64,000 nucleotides of DNA from Nitrospirota bacterium (lineage in GTDB: Bacteria; Nitrospirota; UBA9217). The notes beneath the pieces are model-generated. The model had not been told where the DNA came from, searched no databases, and was given only the letters and a program-made list of their open reading frames with translations. The position numbers and the translations under genes are program-made. Position 1 is the stretch's first letter. The number at the start of each line of letters is the position of its first letter. The stretch is taken from positions 192,001 through 256,000 of the forward strand of contig CAVVUN010000001.1 in the NCBI GenBank assembly GCA_963751455.1, in the 5' to 3' direction. Shown in pieces: positions 9,541 to 19,296 of this stretch.

Positions 9541-10230
9541 TCAGCGATCAGCGCTTTCCTTAAAGCGCTGGATCGAGATATCCTTTGCTTTTTCATCGTA
9601 GTGACAGCCGGCGCACATGCTATGGCCGTTGACTGAGCCTTTTCGTATCTGCGAAAGAAGCTTCTTCCCGTCCTTGACGTCCCCGGTACTTATACCTCTT
9701 GCTACTACCGCGTATTGCCCATCCTGCACTGAGAAGAGCATTTTATTTCTAACCGTGACATCCACTATTCCTTTACAGGTATAGACATCCGTGGCTGTAC
9801 CATGCACAATAACGGAAAAGGCAGCGCCCCGGGTTCCGGCGACCGCCGTTGCCGTTTCGATGCTGATTTTGCTACCCGGCTTCAGAAGTGAAAAAAACCA
9901 TACAGATCCTTTTATCAGCGTCGTTCGGAAATCAGCCGGTTCTGCTCCAAGCACATATTCCGTCACATTCCCGATCATAAAGCGGCCAATACCGTCCAAG
10001 GTAATTACAGCAACGCCCTCTGCATCCGTCCGCAGTTTATCTGATGAGAAAAGCTTTGAGCCGGGCTTGAGACCGGTCCACTTATCGTCCTTGAACCGTT
10101 GAAGCTTGCCGGCAGATATGCTGGTCACGGTCCCCCTCGATGCATACTTTTCATATTTTTCACAGCCGTGTGCGGGAATTATTACGATGGCGAGAACAAA
10201 GAGAAAGAGTATATTTGCCTGCTTCTTCAT
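9541..10230 (-). CDS. FecR-domain lipoprotein with a C-terminal CxxCH motif
   Basis: Lipobox AHGC. FecR-like D.LRT...IETATAVAGTRG..FSV...KGIVDV. CAGCH near the C-terminus. Confidence 0.8.
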   Translation of the reverse strand: MKKQANILFLFVLAIVIIPAHGCEKYEKYASRGTVTSISAGKLQRFKDDKWTGLKPGSKLFSSDKLRTDAEGVAVITLDGIGRFMIGNVTEYVLGAEPADFRTTLIKGSVWFFSLLKPGSKISIETATAVAGTRGAAFSVIVHGTATDVYTCKGIVDVTVRNKMLFSVQDGQYAVVARGISTGDVKDGKKLLSQIRKGSVNGHSMCAGCHYDEKAKDISIQRFKESADR

Positions 10231-10312
10231 TTTTACCCCCTGCCGATGCCTGACTGCAATTTATTTTACTATAAACAGGTAAAAATGGGAAGATAAAATA
10301 CTTAACCGTCTT

Positions 10313-10960
10313 TTAACGAACAAAAGAACTTGTCTTGTAAAAAAGGCTGTTCGTAGCGGGCCGGCCGTTCATCATATCGGAAATCTCTTTTCCAATCACT
10401 ATGTTTGCTGCCACGAGCGCTTCCTTTCTAGTTTTGTCTCGAGGCAGGGGAACAACTATTTTAAGAAGTTTTATGTAAAGTTCGCCAAGTCCTGGGAAAA
10501 TTGAAAACAGCATACCCTGGGAATCGAGCCAATGATGATAATAATAGGTTTTATTCAGCGTTATCGGCCTTGCCTTTGTCATTTTTGAGCAGATAAGCAG
10601 TGTGCAGCCGAAAGGCTTGCGGTCGTATACACGGCATGATCGAGAATCATTATCTCTGAAGATGCATATAGCGCTGTGGGTCTTTGCAGTGCTGGCGACG
10701 GAAAGATAATTTTTTTCGCGAACGCCGCAGCTGTCGCTCTTTACCGGCGATATCAGGAACGCAGGCGGCGCTTCTATGTCGGGCGTAAAGAGTTCGGCAA
10801 CCAGGTATTTTCGGAACAACTGGATTTTATCGAGTTTCAGGTGGCCTGCCAGAAGGTCAATCTGGCCGGGAAGAAATATACCGGGAATGGTGCAGCAGGA
10901 ACCGCAGTTGACGCATGCTCCGAAATATCTTTCGAGATTCTTGTACACTGTTCCACCCAA
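10313..10960 (-). CDS. YkgJ-like CxxCxxCC cysteine-cluster protein
   Basis: CVNCGSCC, then CIF...CRVYDRKPFGC. Confidence 0.8.
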   Translation of the reverse strand: MGGTVYKNLERYFGACVNCGSCCTIPGIFLPGQIDLLAGHLKLDKIQLFRKYLVAELFTPDIEAPPAFLISPVKSDSCGVREKNYLSVASTAKTHSAICIFRDNDSRSCRVYDRKPFGCTLLICSKMTKARPITLNKTYYYHHWLDSQGMLFSIFPGLGELYIKLLKIVVPLPRDKTRKEALVAANIVIGKEISDMMNGRPATNSLFYKTSSFVR

Positions 10961-11018
10961 TGAGGAAAGAGTTTAGTATTTTATCTTAACGATGAAGTGT
11001 TTTCTTGACGTACGTTGT

Positions 11019-11717
11019 TTACTTCACGGCCCTTTCTTTTTCCTCGACGAGACTCTTCACAATCGTTTTGACCGGTTGTCTATCCGTTCCCTGGTACATG
11101 AACTCCGTCCTTACCAGTTCCCTTGTACGGTCCGGCGTAAGCATGCGCATGACTGAGATACGATTCAAATCGTCGTAGTCGTACAAGGTGCACGTAACAA
11201 CCTGCTCCGTGCCGGATACGACTTTGCCCAGTTCAAGAGCAGTATGCCTCACTCCGTCGGCAAGACCTATCACGAACCCTCCTACGGTTCCCGCTGCCAT
11301 GGGCGTAACCACGAAGGCCAACGCTGCGATGGCTTCCTCATTGCTATATGTACCCGCTCTGAGCGATTGGGCCATTACCTCTGAGGCCTCAAACCCTACG
11401 TTAAATCCCTTACCTGTCCATTCATACACAACGAGAAAAGGCTTGGCCAAGTCCGGCGCGTGCCTGGTCACGGCTACATCGTAACTGATCTGAGGACGGT
11501 TCTGGTTCATCCATACGATAGTGAAGTGGTCGCCGGGTTTCGAAGGACGCTGTTCAAGCGGGACCCCGAGCACAGGCAATCCCTTGTCATCATACGAAAT
11601 AGACCGCACCACCGTCTCAGATGTACCGGCCGTACGGTACTTTTCCAGATCAACTTGGTGCGCTGCACAGGCAGTAACGGTTGCGACAAGGCCAAGGGTC
11701 AAAATACAGTACTTCAT
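11019..11717 (-). CDS. Hypothetical lipoprotein
   Basis: Lipobox VTAC after MKYCIL. Central hydrophobic Gly/Ala-rich segment. Confidence 0.7.
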   Translation of the reverse strand: MKYCILTLGLVATVTACAAHQVDLEKYRTAGTSETVVRSISYDDKGLPVLGVPLEQRPSKPGDHFTIVWMNQNRPQISYDVAVTRHAPDLAKPFLVVYEWTGKGFNVGFEASEVMAQSLRAGTYSNEEAIAALAFVVTPMAAGTVGGFVIGLADGVRHTALELGKVVSGTEQVVTCTLYDYDDLNRISVMRMLTPDRTRELVRTEFMYQGTDRQPVKTIVKSLVEEKERAVK

Positions 11718-11728
11718 TAAATACACCA

Positions 11729-12754
11729 TCAGCGCCTGTACTGTCGTTCCCTCAACCACTGGTCGGCTTTCGGGAAGCCCAAACGCGCGGATGTTCGAAT
11801 GTCTTCTCGACCCTGCGGCCTGTTTCCACTCTTAATCATGGCCATCCCTCGCTCAAAATACGCCTCTGCCAGATCCGGCTTCAATTTGAGTGCCTTATCC
11901 AATTCCCGCACGGCATCCACGTATTTCTCCTGAAAGCGCAGCATTTTGCCGCGCGCCATATAGGCCTTCGCAAAGTTCGGATCAATCTCCAGCGCCTTGT
12001 TGAAGTCCTTCAACGCCTCTTCAGACTTCTTCTGGCGGGCATATGCCGCTCCCCTTCCCAAATAGGCGCGTTTGTCTCCGGGATCTGCCTTCAGTACATC
12101 GTTAAATACGGCGCTGGCCGCTTCGAATTGACCCGACTGCATGAGGGCGGCAGCGTTCTGGAGGAGACCGTTGACGCGCAGTTCTTCGACCCCCCTGGCG
12201 AACGCCTTCTCCTTCTGCTGTATCTCCTCGGCCGGTTTTGCCGGCTGCTGGTTCTTGTCCGGCTTGATAAGCTCGAGTTCACGCCTGAGTTTTTCTACTT
12301 CGTTGAGGGCAGCTGTCATCTGGCGGCGGGATTCCTCGAGTTCGGCCTGTTCAGCGTTGTTCTTTCTGAGACTGTCAACGGACTGAGCCACCTCTTCGGG
12401 GTTAAGCGATATCTGGGCCTTGATGTAATAGCTGGCGCCGTTCCATTTCTCGTCAAGGATCTCGACGTTCACGATGCCGGCGGTAAGAGTGACTATCTGG
12501 TCTTTGGTCAACCGGTAATCCTTTACCACGGTCTCTGACTGAACATAGGTCCCCACTTCCTCGAGCAGAAGCCGTTTCAGCTGCTCAAGCGAGACGGTTC
12601 GGCTCGACACCTTGCTGTCTACCTCGCTCGCCTGGTAGGTATAGTCCCTGATGAATGTTTTCTTTTCAGCAGCAGCTTCTCTGCCGCCGGTAACAATCGC
12701 CAGCCAAGCAAAAATGGCAAGAACAATTCTCAATTGGACGGTTGATCCGTTCAT
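11729..12754 (-). CDS. Secreted tetratricopeptide-repeat protein
   Basis: AGGAG RBS, signal peptide, coiled coil, TPRs (AYLGRG..., AYMARG..., AYFERG...). Confidence 0.85.
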   Translation of the reverse strand: MNGSTVQLRIVLAIFAWLAIVTGGREAAAEKKTFIRDYTYQASEVDSKVSSRTVSLEQLKRLLLEEVGTYVQSETVVKDYRLTKDQIVTLTAGIVNVEILDEKWNGASYYIKAQISLNPEEVAQSVDSLRKNNAEQAELEESRRQMTAALNEVEKLRRELELIKPDKNQQPAKPAEEIQQKEKAFARGVEELRVNGLLQNAAALMQSGQFEAASAVFNDVLKADPGDKRAYLGRGAAYARQKKSEEALKDFNKALEIDPNFAKAYMARGKMLRFQEKYVDAVRELDKALKLKPDLAEAYFERGMAMIKSGNRPQGREDIRTSARLGFPKADQWLRERQYRR

Positions 12755-12791
12755 GATCCGACTCCTTAGTTCTCGTTAATGTCCGGTTTTT

Positions 12792-12959
12792 GTAACTATT
12801 CAGCTTCTTTTCAGAACAGCATTAAGACAAATCTAAGAAAAAGCCCTTCTATCCGCAGATTTCGCAGATTGACGCAGATTCTAAAACCGGAATTCTGGTT
12901 TTGTTTTTATCTGCGAAATCTGCGTAATCTGCGGATAAAAAAATGACCTGAGTAGTTAC
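12792..12959. mobile_element. MITE, 168 bp, IS66-like ends, 8-bp target duplication
   Basis: TIRs gtaactattcag / ctgagtagttac (11/12 match). Direct repeat cggttttt at 12784-12791 and 12960-12967. Internal hairpin at 12850-12937. Confidence 0.8.
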
Positions 12960-12981
12960 CGGTTTTTTAGATTTACTTGTT

Positions 12982-14004
12982 TCATTGCACGTTTAGATAC
13001 TGCTCAAGTTTGAGCCTCTCCTCGGGATTGGACATAATAATCAGGCGATCTCCTGCGCTTACTATCTGCTTGCCCGCCGGATTGTACACCCAACCGTCGG
13101 CATTTTTTAATGCAAGCAGCAGGATTGCCTGATGCTTTTTCAAATTTAGATCGGCGATCGTTCTGCCGGAGCGGCAAGCAGGAACAGGTACTTCCTCAAC
13201 CCTGAGGTTTTTGTCCTTGTCGCGAAGCATGATGTCCAGGAATGATACAACCGTGGGCCTGATCATCTCGGAAGCCATACGGAGACCGCCTATAAAATTT
13301 GGCGATACGACTGCATCCGCTCCGGTGCTATGGATTTTGTCACGCCTGGCAAGATCTTCGCATCTCGCCACAATGCGCGCCTTTTCGTTCATCTGCCTGG
13401 CGGTCAAACTTATGACGAGATTCAGGTTATCATCGTTCGCAGCGCAGAATACGCCGGATGCCCGCTCGATCCCGGCTTTATGCAGCACATCATTGTCGGT
13501 GGCATCTCCCTCGATGACCGCAGATACCCCGGAGCCATCCGTAATTCCCTTCAGGGCCGTCCGGTCCTGCTCAACAATCACATAAGGCCGTTTTGTGGCC
13601 GCCAGTTCATTCGCAATCTGCTTTCCAATCCTCCCATACCCGCATACGATGTAATGATCGCTCAAGCTATCAACGATCTTTTCCATTCTTCTCCTCCTGA
13701 ACGACTCGCTCAGATCGCCTTCGACGATGGAAGCTGTGAAGTTGGTTATTATATAGGAAAGAGTACCGATCCCGGAAAGCGCGATCATGATTGTAAAGAG
13801 CCGGCCGCCCGGCTTTCCGTTCAGATCAACTATCTCGCCGAAACCGATGGTCGTCAGTGTGATAACTGTCATGTACAGGCAATCAACGACCGTATACCGT
13901 CCTTCGCCGATAACCCAGTACCCTGTCGTACCGACAGCCGTTATCAGGATGAGCAGAAAGGCGGAAAGGAAAAACTTGTTGCGAATGGTCTGTCCGAGGG
14001 TCAT
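12982..14004 (-). CDS. Potassium channel with RCK (TrkA-N/TrkA-C) domains
   Basis: Selectivity filter TLTTIGFGE. Rossmann motif IVCGYGRIG. GDAT motif. Confidence 0.92.
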   Translation of the reverse strand: MTLGQTIRNKFFLSAFLLILITAVGTTGYWVIGEGRYTVVDCLYMTVITLTTIGFGEIVDLNGKPGGRLFTIMIALSGIGTLSYIITNFTASIVEGDLSESFRRRRMEKIVDSLSDHYIVCGYGRIGKQIANELAATKRPYVIVEQDRTALKGITDGSGVSAVIEGDATDNDVLHKAGIERASGVFCAANDDNLNLVISLTARQMNEKARIVARCEDLARRDKIHSTGADAVVSPNFIGGLRMASEMIRPTVVSFLDIMLRDKDKNLRVEEVPVPACRSGRTIADLNLKKHQAILLLALKNADGWVYNPAGKQIVSAGDRLIIMSNPEERLKLEQYLNVQ

Positions 14005-14135
14005 GGGCTTCCATAAAATAGAGTGCCTGGTCGCTTTAGCCGATTTCGAGAGCTTATTCTTTATACCAAGGAATCAGAACGCGGTTTTATCGGACTGAGA
14101 TTAACACAGAAAGTTTCAAAAATAAAGGGTATAAT

Positions 14136-14299
14136 CCTAAAAACGGCATTTGAACACGGATGAACACGGAAACAGCGGATCAAAACAATGTGATAGAGCA
14201 AAAAGCCATCTCGCCTTTTGGGTGAATCCATTACTGTTCGTAACTTCCTATAAATCCGTGTTGATCAGATTTTATCCGTGTCCAACTGCTTTTTTCAGG
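14136..14299. mobile_element. MITE, 164 bp, IS1380-like CCT...AGG ends, 5-bp target duplication
   Basis: Imperfect TIRs cctaaaaacggcatttg / caactgcttttttcagg. ataat duplicated at 14131-14135 and 14300-14304. Internal 10-nt-periodic inverted repeats. Confidence 0.7.
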
Positions 14300-14485
14300 A
14301 TAATGCATTCTTGTGAGTGTGCAATCTATTCAGAACAAAAATGAAAGCATTTTATCCGTGAGGGCGATCGATGATGGCTCCAAGTCGGATACCGCTTACA
14401 AAACCTGCATTATTTCCTTCCCTCGCTCCATTTTTTCTGGTATAAATAGATCATTCTTATTGCTCTGAGGGGGGCTGTTTTTTTC

Positions 14486-14902
14486 GTGAAACAAGAGAAC
14501 GAAAATAAGAATAACGGAATACAACGATATTCAGTCGTCCGGCAGCGTACGTCTTCTCTTCGCGTCATTCCTTTCGAAGGTATCGCAAACAAAGAGCATT
14601 TAGTCACGATTGTGAATATGAGCGTCGGCGGTGTCGGTATCGCCTCCCACGAGCGGATTGAGCCGGGCCTGGTGTGTTTCGATGAACAGGTGGGCGGCCA
14701 CAAGTTCGGAGTGGTGCGATGGTGCAAGAAGAGCGAGAACGGTTATCGGGCCGGTATTCATTTCGTGACCCTTCCACATGAAAAGGAAACCTATCTCCTT
14801 GACCAGGTGCAGCTGTCGCGCTGTAGTCAGGCGCTTCAGGACCCGGAAAAGATAATCACCTCACTGCTGGAGTCCATCCAGAGCGAAACGAATGAAATAT
14901 AG
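14486..14902 (+). CDS. PilZ-like domain protein
   Basis: NMSVGGVGI...GVVRWC...YRAGIHF. GTG start after GAGGGG. Confidence 0.75.
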   Translation: MKQENENKNNGIQRYSVVRQRTSSLRVIPFEGIANKEHLVTIVNMSVGGVGIASHERIEPGLVCFDEQVGGHKFGVVRWCKKSENGYRAGIHFVTLPHEKETYLLDQVQLSRCSQALQDPEKIITSLLESIQSETNEI

Positions 14903-15043
14903 TCTCCCTGATTGAAACCCGCCGTTCTTCGGCTTAACCACTATCCTTGTTTATCTTTTCGCTTTTTTCCGCAAGGCAAGTCAACTTCAGTCAGTTTATT
15001 AAGGTAGGAGGCTGAGAGGAAATGGCCGTGGTGCCGTGCTCTG

Positions 15044-16018
15044 TTATTTGTTCAGGAGAGCTGCCGCTTCTTTCGCAAAATAGGTCAGGATCATGTCCGC
15101 TCCGGCACGCTTAATGGCGATAAGCGACTCCATCATGGCCCGCTCGCCGTCGATCCAGCCCAGTCTGGCGGCGGCTTTGATCATCGAGAACTCTCCGCTA
15201 ACATTGTAGGCGGCGACCGGAAGATTAAACTGCTGCCTCACCTGGTGGATAATATCGAGATAGGCCAATGCAGGCTTTACCATGACGATGTCCGCTCCTT
15301 CATCAATGTCCAACGCGACCTCGCGCAGCGCTTCCCGGCTGTTAGGAGCATCCATCTGGTATGAGCGGCGGTCGCCGAACTGGGGTGTCGATTCAGCCGC
15401 ATCCCTGAAGGGCCCGTAGAAGCTCGAAGCATACTTGGCTGCATAGGACATGACCGGGATATCATAAAAACCTTCCTGGTCTAATGTATGGCGGATCGCT
15501 CCGACCCTTCCGTCCATCATGTCGGAGGGCGCTACCATGTCCGCGCCCGCTCGTGCGTGCGAAAGCGCTTCCCTCGAGAGAAGCTCCAGGGTAGCGTCGT
15601 TCTGAACAACCCCATTCTTGATCACGCCGCAGTGGCCGTGGCTGGTGTACTCGCAGAGACACACATCGGTGATCACAATAAGATCAGGCAGCTTGTTCTT
15701 GATGGCCTTGATCGCATGCTGAATGATGCCTTCGTCGGAATATGCTTCACTTCCGACTTCATCCTTGTGTTCCGGTATCCCGAACAGCAGAACGGCCGGA
15801 ATGCCGAGGGCCTTCACCTCTTCACAGTCCTTTACGATATTGTCGATTGACTGCTGGTAATTCCCGGGCATGGAGCCGATCTCTTTCTTCACGCCCTTGC
15901 CGTGGGTCACGAAGAGAGGGTAAATGAAATCATCGGGCGAAAGCTTCGTCTCCCGTACCATGCGGCGGATGTTCTCATTGGACCGAAGTCTTCTTGGACG
16001 GTATACAGGTTGGAACAT
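15044..16018 (-). CDS. hemB: Porphobilinogen synthase
   Basis: [40 protein letters not shown]. Confidence 0.98.
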   Translation of the reverse strand: MFQPVYRPRRLRSNENIRRMVRETKLSPDDFIYPLFVTHGKGVKKEIGSMPGNYQQSIDNIVKDCEEVKALGIPAVLLFGIPEHKDEVGSEAYSDEGIIQHAIKAIKNKLPDLIVITDVCLCEYTSHGHCGVIKNGVVQNDATLELLSREALSHARAGADMVAPSDMMDGRVGAIRHTLDQEGFYDIPVMSYAAKYASSFYGPFRDAAESTPQFGDRRSYQMDAPNSREALREVALDIDEGADIVMVKPALAYLDIIHQVRQQFNLPVAAYNVSGEFSMIKAAARLGWIDGERAMMESLIAIKRAGADMILTYFAKEAAALLNK

Positions 16019-16150
16019 TGGCGTCCCCTCGTAAAGAAAAACGAAATTTTGATGAACATGAAAGCGGGAAAATAACCCTTAGATAAAAAAGGGCATCCCC
16101 CATCCGGTTTTATCTGAAATACACGGTGAATATGCCTTGTTTAAGGCTGG

Positions 16151-16528
16151 TTAGCTGCATCCGCAGCCGCTCGAGCCGCACCCGCCGCTGCTGCTGTGGT
16201 TATGCTCTTCTCCGCCGCACCCGCAGCTTCCGCCCTGAGGAGCGCCGTTCGGGAAACCGATGACGAACCCTTCTCCGCGTTCGTCGCTGATAAAGCCCAG
16301 CTCGGCGCCTTCAAGCGTCTTGGCTGTATCTGCGTCAAGGTAGAGCTTGGCACCGTTCTGTTCGACGACGGTATCTCCGTCCCCGGCCTTGTCGTCGATC
16401 ATTATCTCGTAAGACGGGCCGCAGCAACCGCCCGCGGCCGCTGATACGCGCAGGCCGTGATTCGGCACGCCTTCGACTTTGAGGATCTCTTTTATCTTGT
16501 CCGCAGCCATATCAGAAATAGTTATCAT
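16151..16528 (-). CDS. HesB/IscA-family Fe-S carrier with an extended Cys/His-rich tail
   Basis: MITISDMAA..., GGCCGPSY, SCGCG, then EEHNHSSSGGCGSSGCGCS. Confidence 0.85.
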   Translation of the reverse strand: MITISDMAADKIKEILKVEGVPNHGLRVSAAAGGCCGPSYEIMIDDKAGDGDTVVEQNGAKLYLDADTAKTLEGAELGFISDERGEGFVIGFPNGAPQGGSCGCGGEEHNHSSSGGCGSSGCGCS

Positions 16529-16562
16529 GAAATCTCCTTTTCACCGTTTGCAGCGAAACTTT

Positions 16563-18098
16563 TCAACGCTTAATCTTGTAGTACTCCACCATCGCTTCCA
16601 CGAGCGCGGGAATGGTATATTCCCCTGGCATAATGTCGGGCTGCATCCCGTACTCTTGCGCGGTCTTGGCGGTCACCGGGCCGATACAGGCGATGACAAC
16701 CCCCTGTAATAGCGTTTTATACTCTTTTTGGCCCAGTATTTCAACAAAATTGTGGACTGTCGATGAACTTGTAAACGTAACGGCCGAGATCTTCTTCTCT
16801 TCAAACAGCTTTTTAGTACGCAGAACGTCCGCTTTTGGCTTCACGTTCTCATACGCGGTCGCAACCGTAACGTCGGCACCGAGTTCTCTCAACCTGTCTG
16901 GGATGATCTCGCGCGCTGCTTTCGCCCTCGGTATGAGGAATTTCAGTCCTTTGACGCCGGCTCCTGCAAATGCGTCAACGACACCCTCAGCTTTAAATTC
17001 TGCCGGAACCAGGTCAGCCTTCAAACCAAATGCGTCGAGGGCTTCCGCAGTCTTCGGTCCGACGGTGCAGATGTTCACGCCTTTGAGCATGCGAAGGTCC
17101 TTCCCGACAGTCCGGAGACGGTCAAGGAAAAACCGCACGGCGTTGGCGCTCGTAAAGATCATCCAGTCAAACTTTTCGATCTCCCGTATGGCTTTGTCCA
17201 GTTCGTCCCAGCTTGCGGGAGGCACGACGTCGATCGTCGGGAATTCTATGGTCGTCGCACCCCTGTCTATCAGGGTCTCAGCAAACACGCTTGCCTGCTC
17301 GCGCGAACGGGTTACGACGATCCGTTTGCCGAAGAGCGGCTTTGACTCATACCAGTTCAGTTTCTCACGAAGCTTGACGACCTCGCCGACTACAATAATT
17401 GCAGGCGGCCCCAGACCAGCCTCGGCGACCCTGGCAACGATGTCCCGAAGCATCCCCGTTACCACGCGCTGATCCGTACGCGTGCCCCATTGAATGAGGG
17501 CCACCGGAGTATCTGCGCTCCGTCCGTGGGACACCAGATTTTCCACGATGTTCTTCAGGTTCTTCATGCCCATGAAGAATACGAGGGTGCCGATGCCGGT
17601 CGCTATCTTGTCCCAGTGCACCTTGGACTCGGGCTTCGTCGGGTCCTCATGTCCGGTTACGAATGCAACGCTTGCAGTATGTTCACGGTGGGTCAGTGGT
17701 ATGCCGGCATAGGTAGGGACAGAGGTGGCAGCGGTGACTCCGGGCACGATCTCAAAAGGAATTCCATTGTCTACAAGTTCTTCCGCCTCTTCCCCTCCCC
17801 GCCCGAAAATGAAGGGGTCTCCACCCTTAAGCCTGGCGACGATCTTCCCCTCTTTGGCTCTCCTGACAATGAGGCTGTTGATCTGGTCCTGGGGCAGGGT
17901 GTGCCTCCCGCCCTGCTTTCCGACGTAGACCAGTTCAGCATCGGGGCGCCGCTCGTCCAGCAGCCGTTCATTGGCGAGATAATCGTAGATGATCACGTCC
18001 GCCTTTTTGACACACTCCAGCCCTTTGACCGTGATCAGGCCGGGATCGCCTGGTCCCGCGCCGATGAGATAAACTTTACCGATTGATTGCATCATCAC
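16563..18098 (-). CDS. cobA: Uroporphyrinogen-III C-methyltransferase fused to uroporphyrinogen-III synthase (CobA-HemD)
   Basis: GAGPGDPGLIT, RLKGGDPFIFGRGGEE. C-terminal half has VVTRS..Q, FTSANAV, FTSSSTV, CIGPVTA. Confidence 0.97.
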   Translation of the reverse strand: MMMQSIGKVYLIGAGPGDPGLITVKGLECVKKADVIIYDYLANERLLDERRPDAELVYVGKQGGRHTLPQDQINSLIVRRAKEGKIVARLKGGDPFIFGRGGEEAEELVDNGIPFEIVPGVTAATSVPTYAGIPLTHREHTASVAFVTGHEDPTKPESKVHWDKIATGIGTLVFFMGMKNLKNIVENLVSHGRSADTPVALIQWGTRTDQRVVTGMLRDIVARVAEAGLGPPAIIVVGEVVKLREKLNWYESKPLFGKRIVVTRSREQASVFAETLIDRGATTIEFPTIDVVPPASWDELDKAIREIEKFDWMIFTSANAVRFFLDRLRTVGKDLRMLKGVNICTVGPKTAEALDAFGLKADLVPAEFKAEGVVDAFAGAGVKGLKFLIPRAKAAREIIPDRLRELGADVTVATAYENVKPKADVLRTKKLFEEKKISAVTFTSSSTVHNFVEILGQKEYKTLLQGVVIACIGPVTAKTAQEYGMQPDIMPGEYTIPALVEAMVEYYKIKR

Positions 18099-18120
18099 TT
18101 TAGTATTTTCAAAAAAAATT

Positions 18121-18200
18121 ACCGCGAAGACTCAAGGTACGCGAAGAAATCATGCTTGATGATTGAGGAAAACTCTTCGCCGCCTTCCCGCCTTTGCGGT
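18121..18200. repeat. Degenerate ~9-nt-periodic inverted repeat
   Basis: accgcgaag/actcaaggt/acgcgaag ... cttcgccgc/cttcccgcc/tttgcggt between hemC and cobA. Confidence 0.6.
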
Positions 18201-18216
18201 TCGCACCAATTATGTT

Positions 18217-19185
18217 CTAAGACGGGTTCTCCAGAAGCCCGTTACCGCTGAAGTCGGTGTTGTGGCCGTACACTTCTCTCAGGATCACGTCGGCCCCCCG
18301 TGCCAGAAGTGTTTCAGCGAGGGTAACACCCAGTTTCTCCGCCTTGTCGCCAGCACCTTTAATCGCATCCTTGATAATACGCTTGCCGTCCACGCTGCCG
18401 ACAAGACCGGTCAGATGCAACTCGCCGTCCTTCATCTCTCCGTAGCAGGCGATCGGCACCTGGCACCCGCCTTCGAGCCGCCGGAGGAGCGCCCGTTCGC
18501 CGGTTACACAGATACGGGTGTCGGCATGATTGAAGAACGCGATCATGTCATTCAGTTCACGGTCATCTACACGGCATTCGATGCCGAGCGCGCCCTGCCC
18601 GATGGCGGGCAGGCTGATTGAAGGATCGATGTATTCAGTTACGTTTTCCGCAAGCCCGAGTCGTTTCACACCGGCCGCAGCGAGGATGATTGCGTCAAAC
18701 TGGCCTTCTTTCAATTTTCTGATGCGGGTGTCCACGTTGCCGCGAAGCTGGTGGATCACGAAGTCAGGCCGGAGGCTCGTAAGCTGCGCCTGCCGCCTGA
18801 GACTGCTCGTACCTACGTTCGCGCCCTTGGGAAGATCTTTAAACGAAACCTTATTTCTCGAAAGAAGTGCATCCCTCGGGTCTTCGCGTTTCGTAATGCA
18901 CGACAGGTGCAGCCCATCCGGGAAAAAAGTAGGAACATCCTTCATGCTGTGTACGGCGATATCAATCTCGCCCGCCAGCATCGCTTCTTCGATCTCTTTG
19001 ACGAACAGCCCCTTCCCTCCGACTTTTGCAAGGGGTACGTCGAGAATTTTGTCACCTGTTGTCTTGATCTTCGTGAGCGAAACGGTGATACCGGTATATT
19101 TTTTCTCAATTTCCGACTTTACCCACTCGGCCTGCCAGAGCGCGAGCGCGCTGCTCCGAGTACCGATCCTGATCTCTTTTCTCAA
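18217..19185 (-). CDS. hemC: Hydroxymethylbilane synthase
   Basis: GTRSSALALWQ, GKGLFVKEIE, AVHSMKDVP, GTSSLRR, GGCQVPI. Confidence 0.98.
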   Translation of the reverse strand: MRKEIRIGTRSSALALWQAEWVKSEIEKKYTGITVSLTKIKTTGDKILDVPLAKVGGKGLFVKEIEEAMLAGEIDIAVHSMKDVPTFFPDGLHLSCITKREDPRDALLSRNKVSFKDLPKGANVGTSSLRRQAQLTSLRPDFVIHQLRGNVDTRIRKLKEGQFDAIILAAAGVKRLGLAENVTEYIDPSISLPAIGQGALGIECRVDDRELNDMIAFFNHADTRICVTGERALLRRLEGGCQVPIACYGEMKDGELHLTGLVGSVDGKRIIKDAIKGAGDKAEKLGVTLAETLLARGADVILREVYGHNTDFSGNGLLENPS

Positions 19186-19296
19186 TGAAGGACTCCTTGC
19201 ATTTTTTTTAGCCGCAGATTACGCCGTGGTGTCGCCAATAACCCCATGTGGTTCTTCTTTTATGCCGCAAGCCGCATCCAAAATCCGCGTTTGAAA

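Noticed and set aside
16151-16528. Selenocysteine-containing HesB-like protein
   Set aside because: No in-frame TGA. The ORF ends at TAA.
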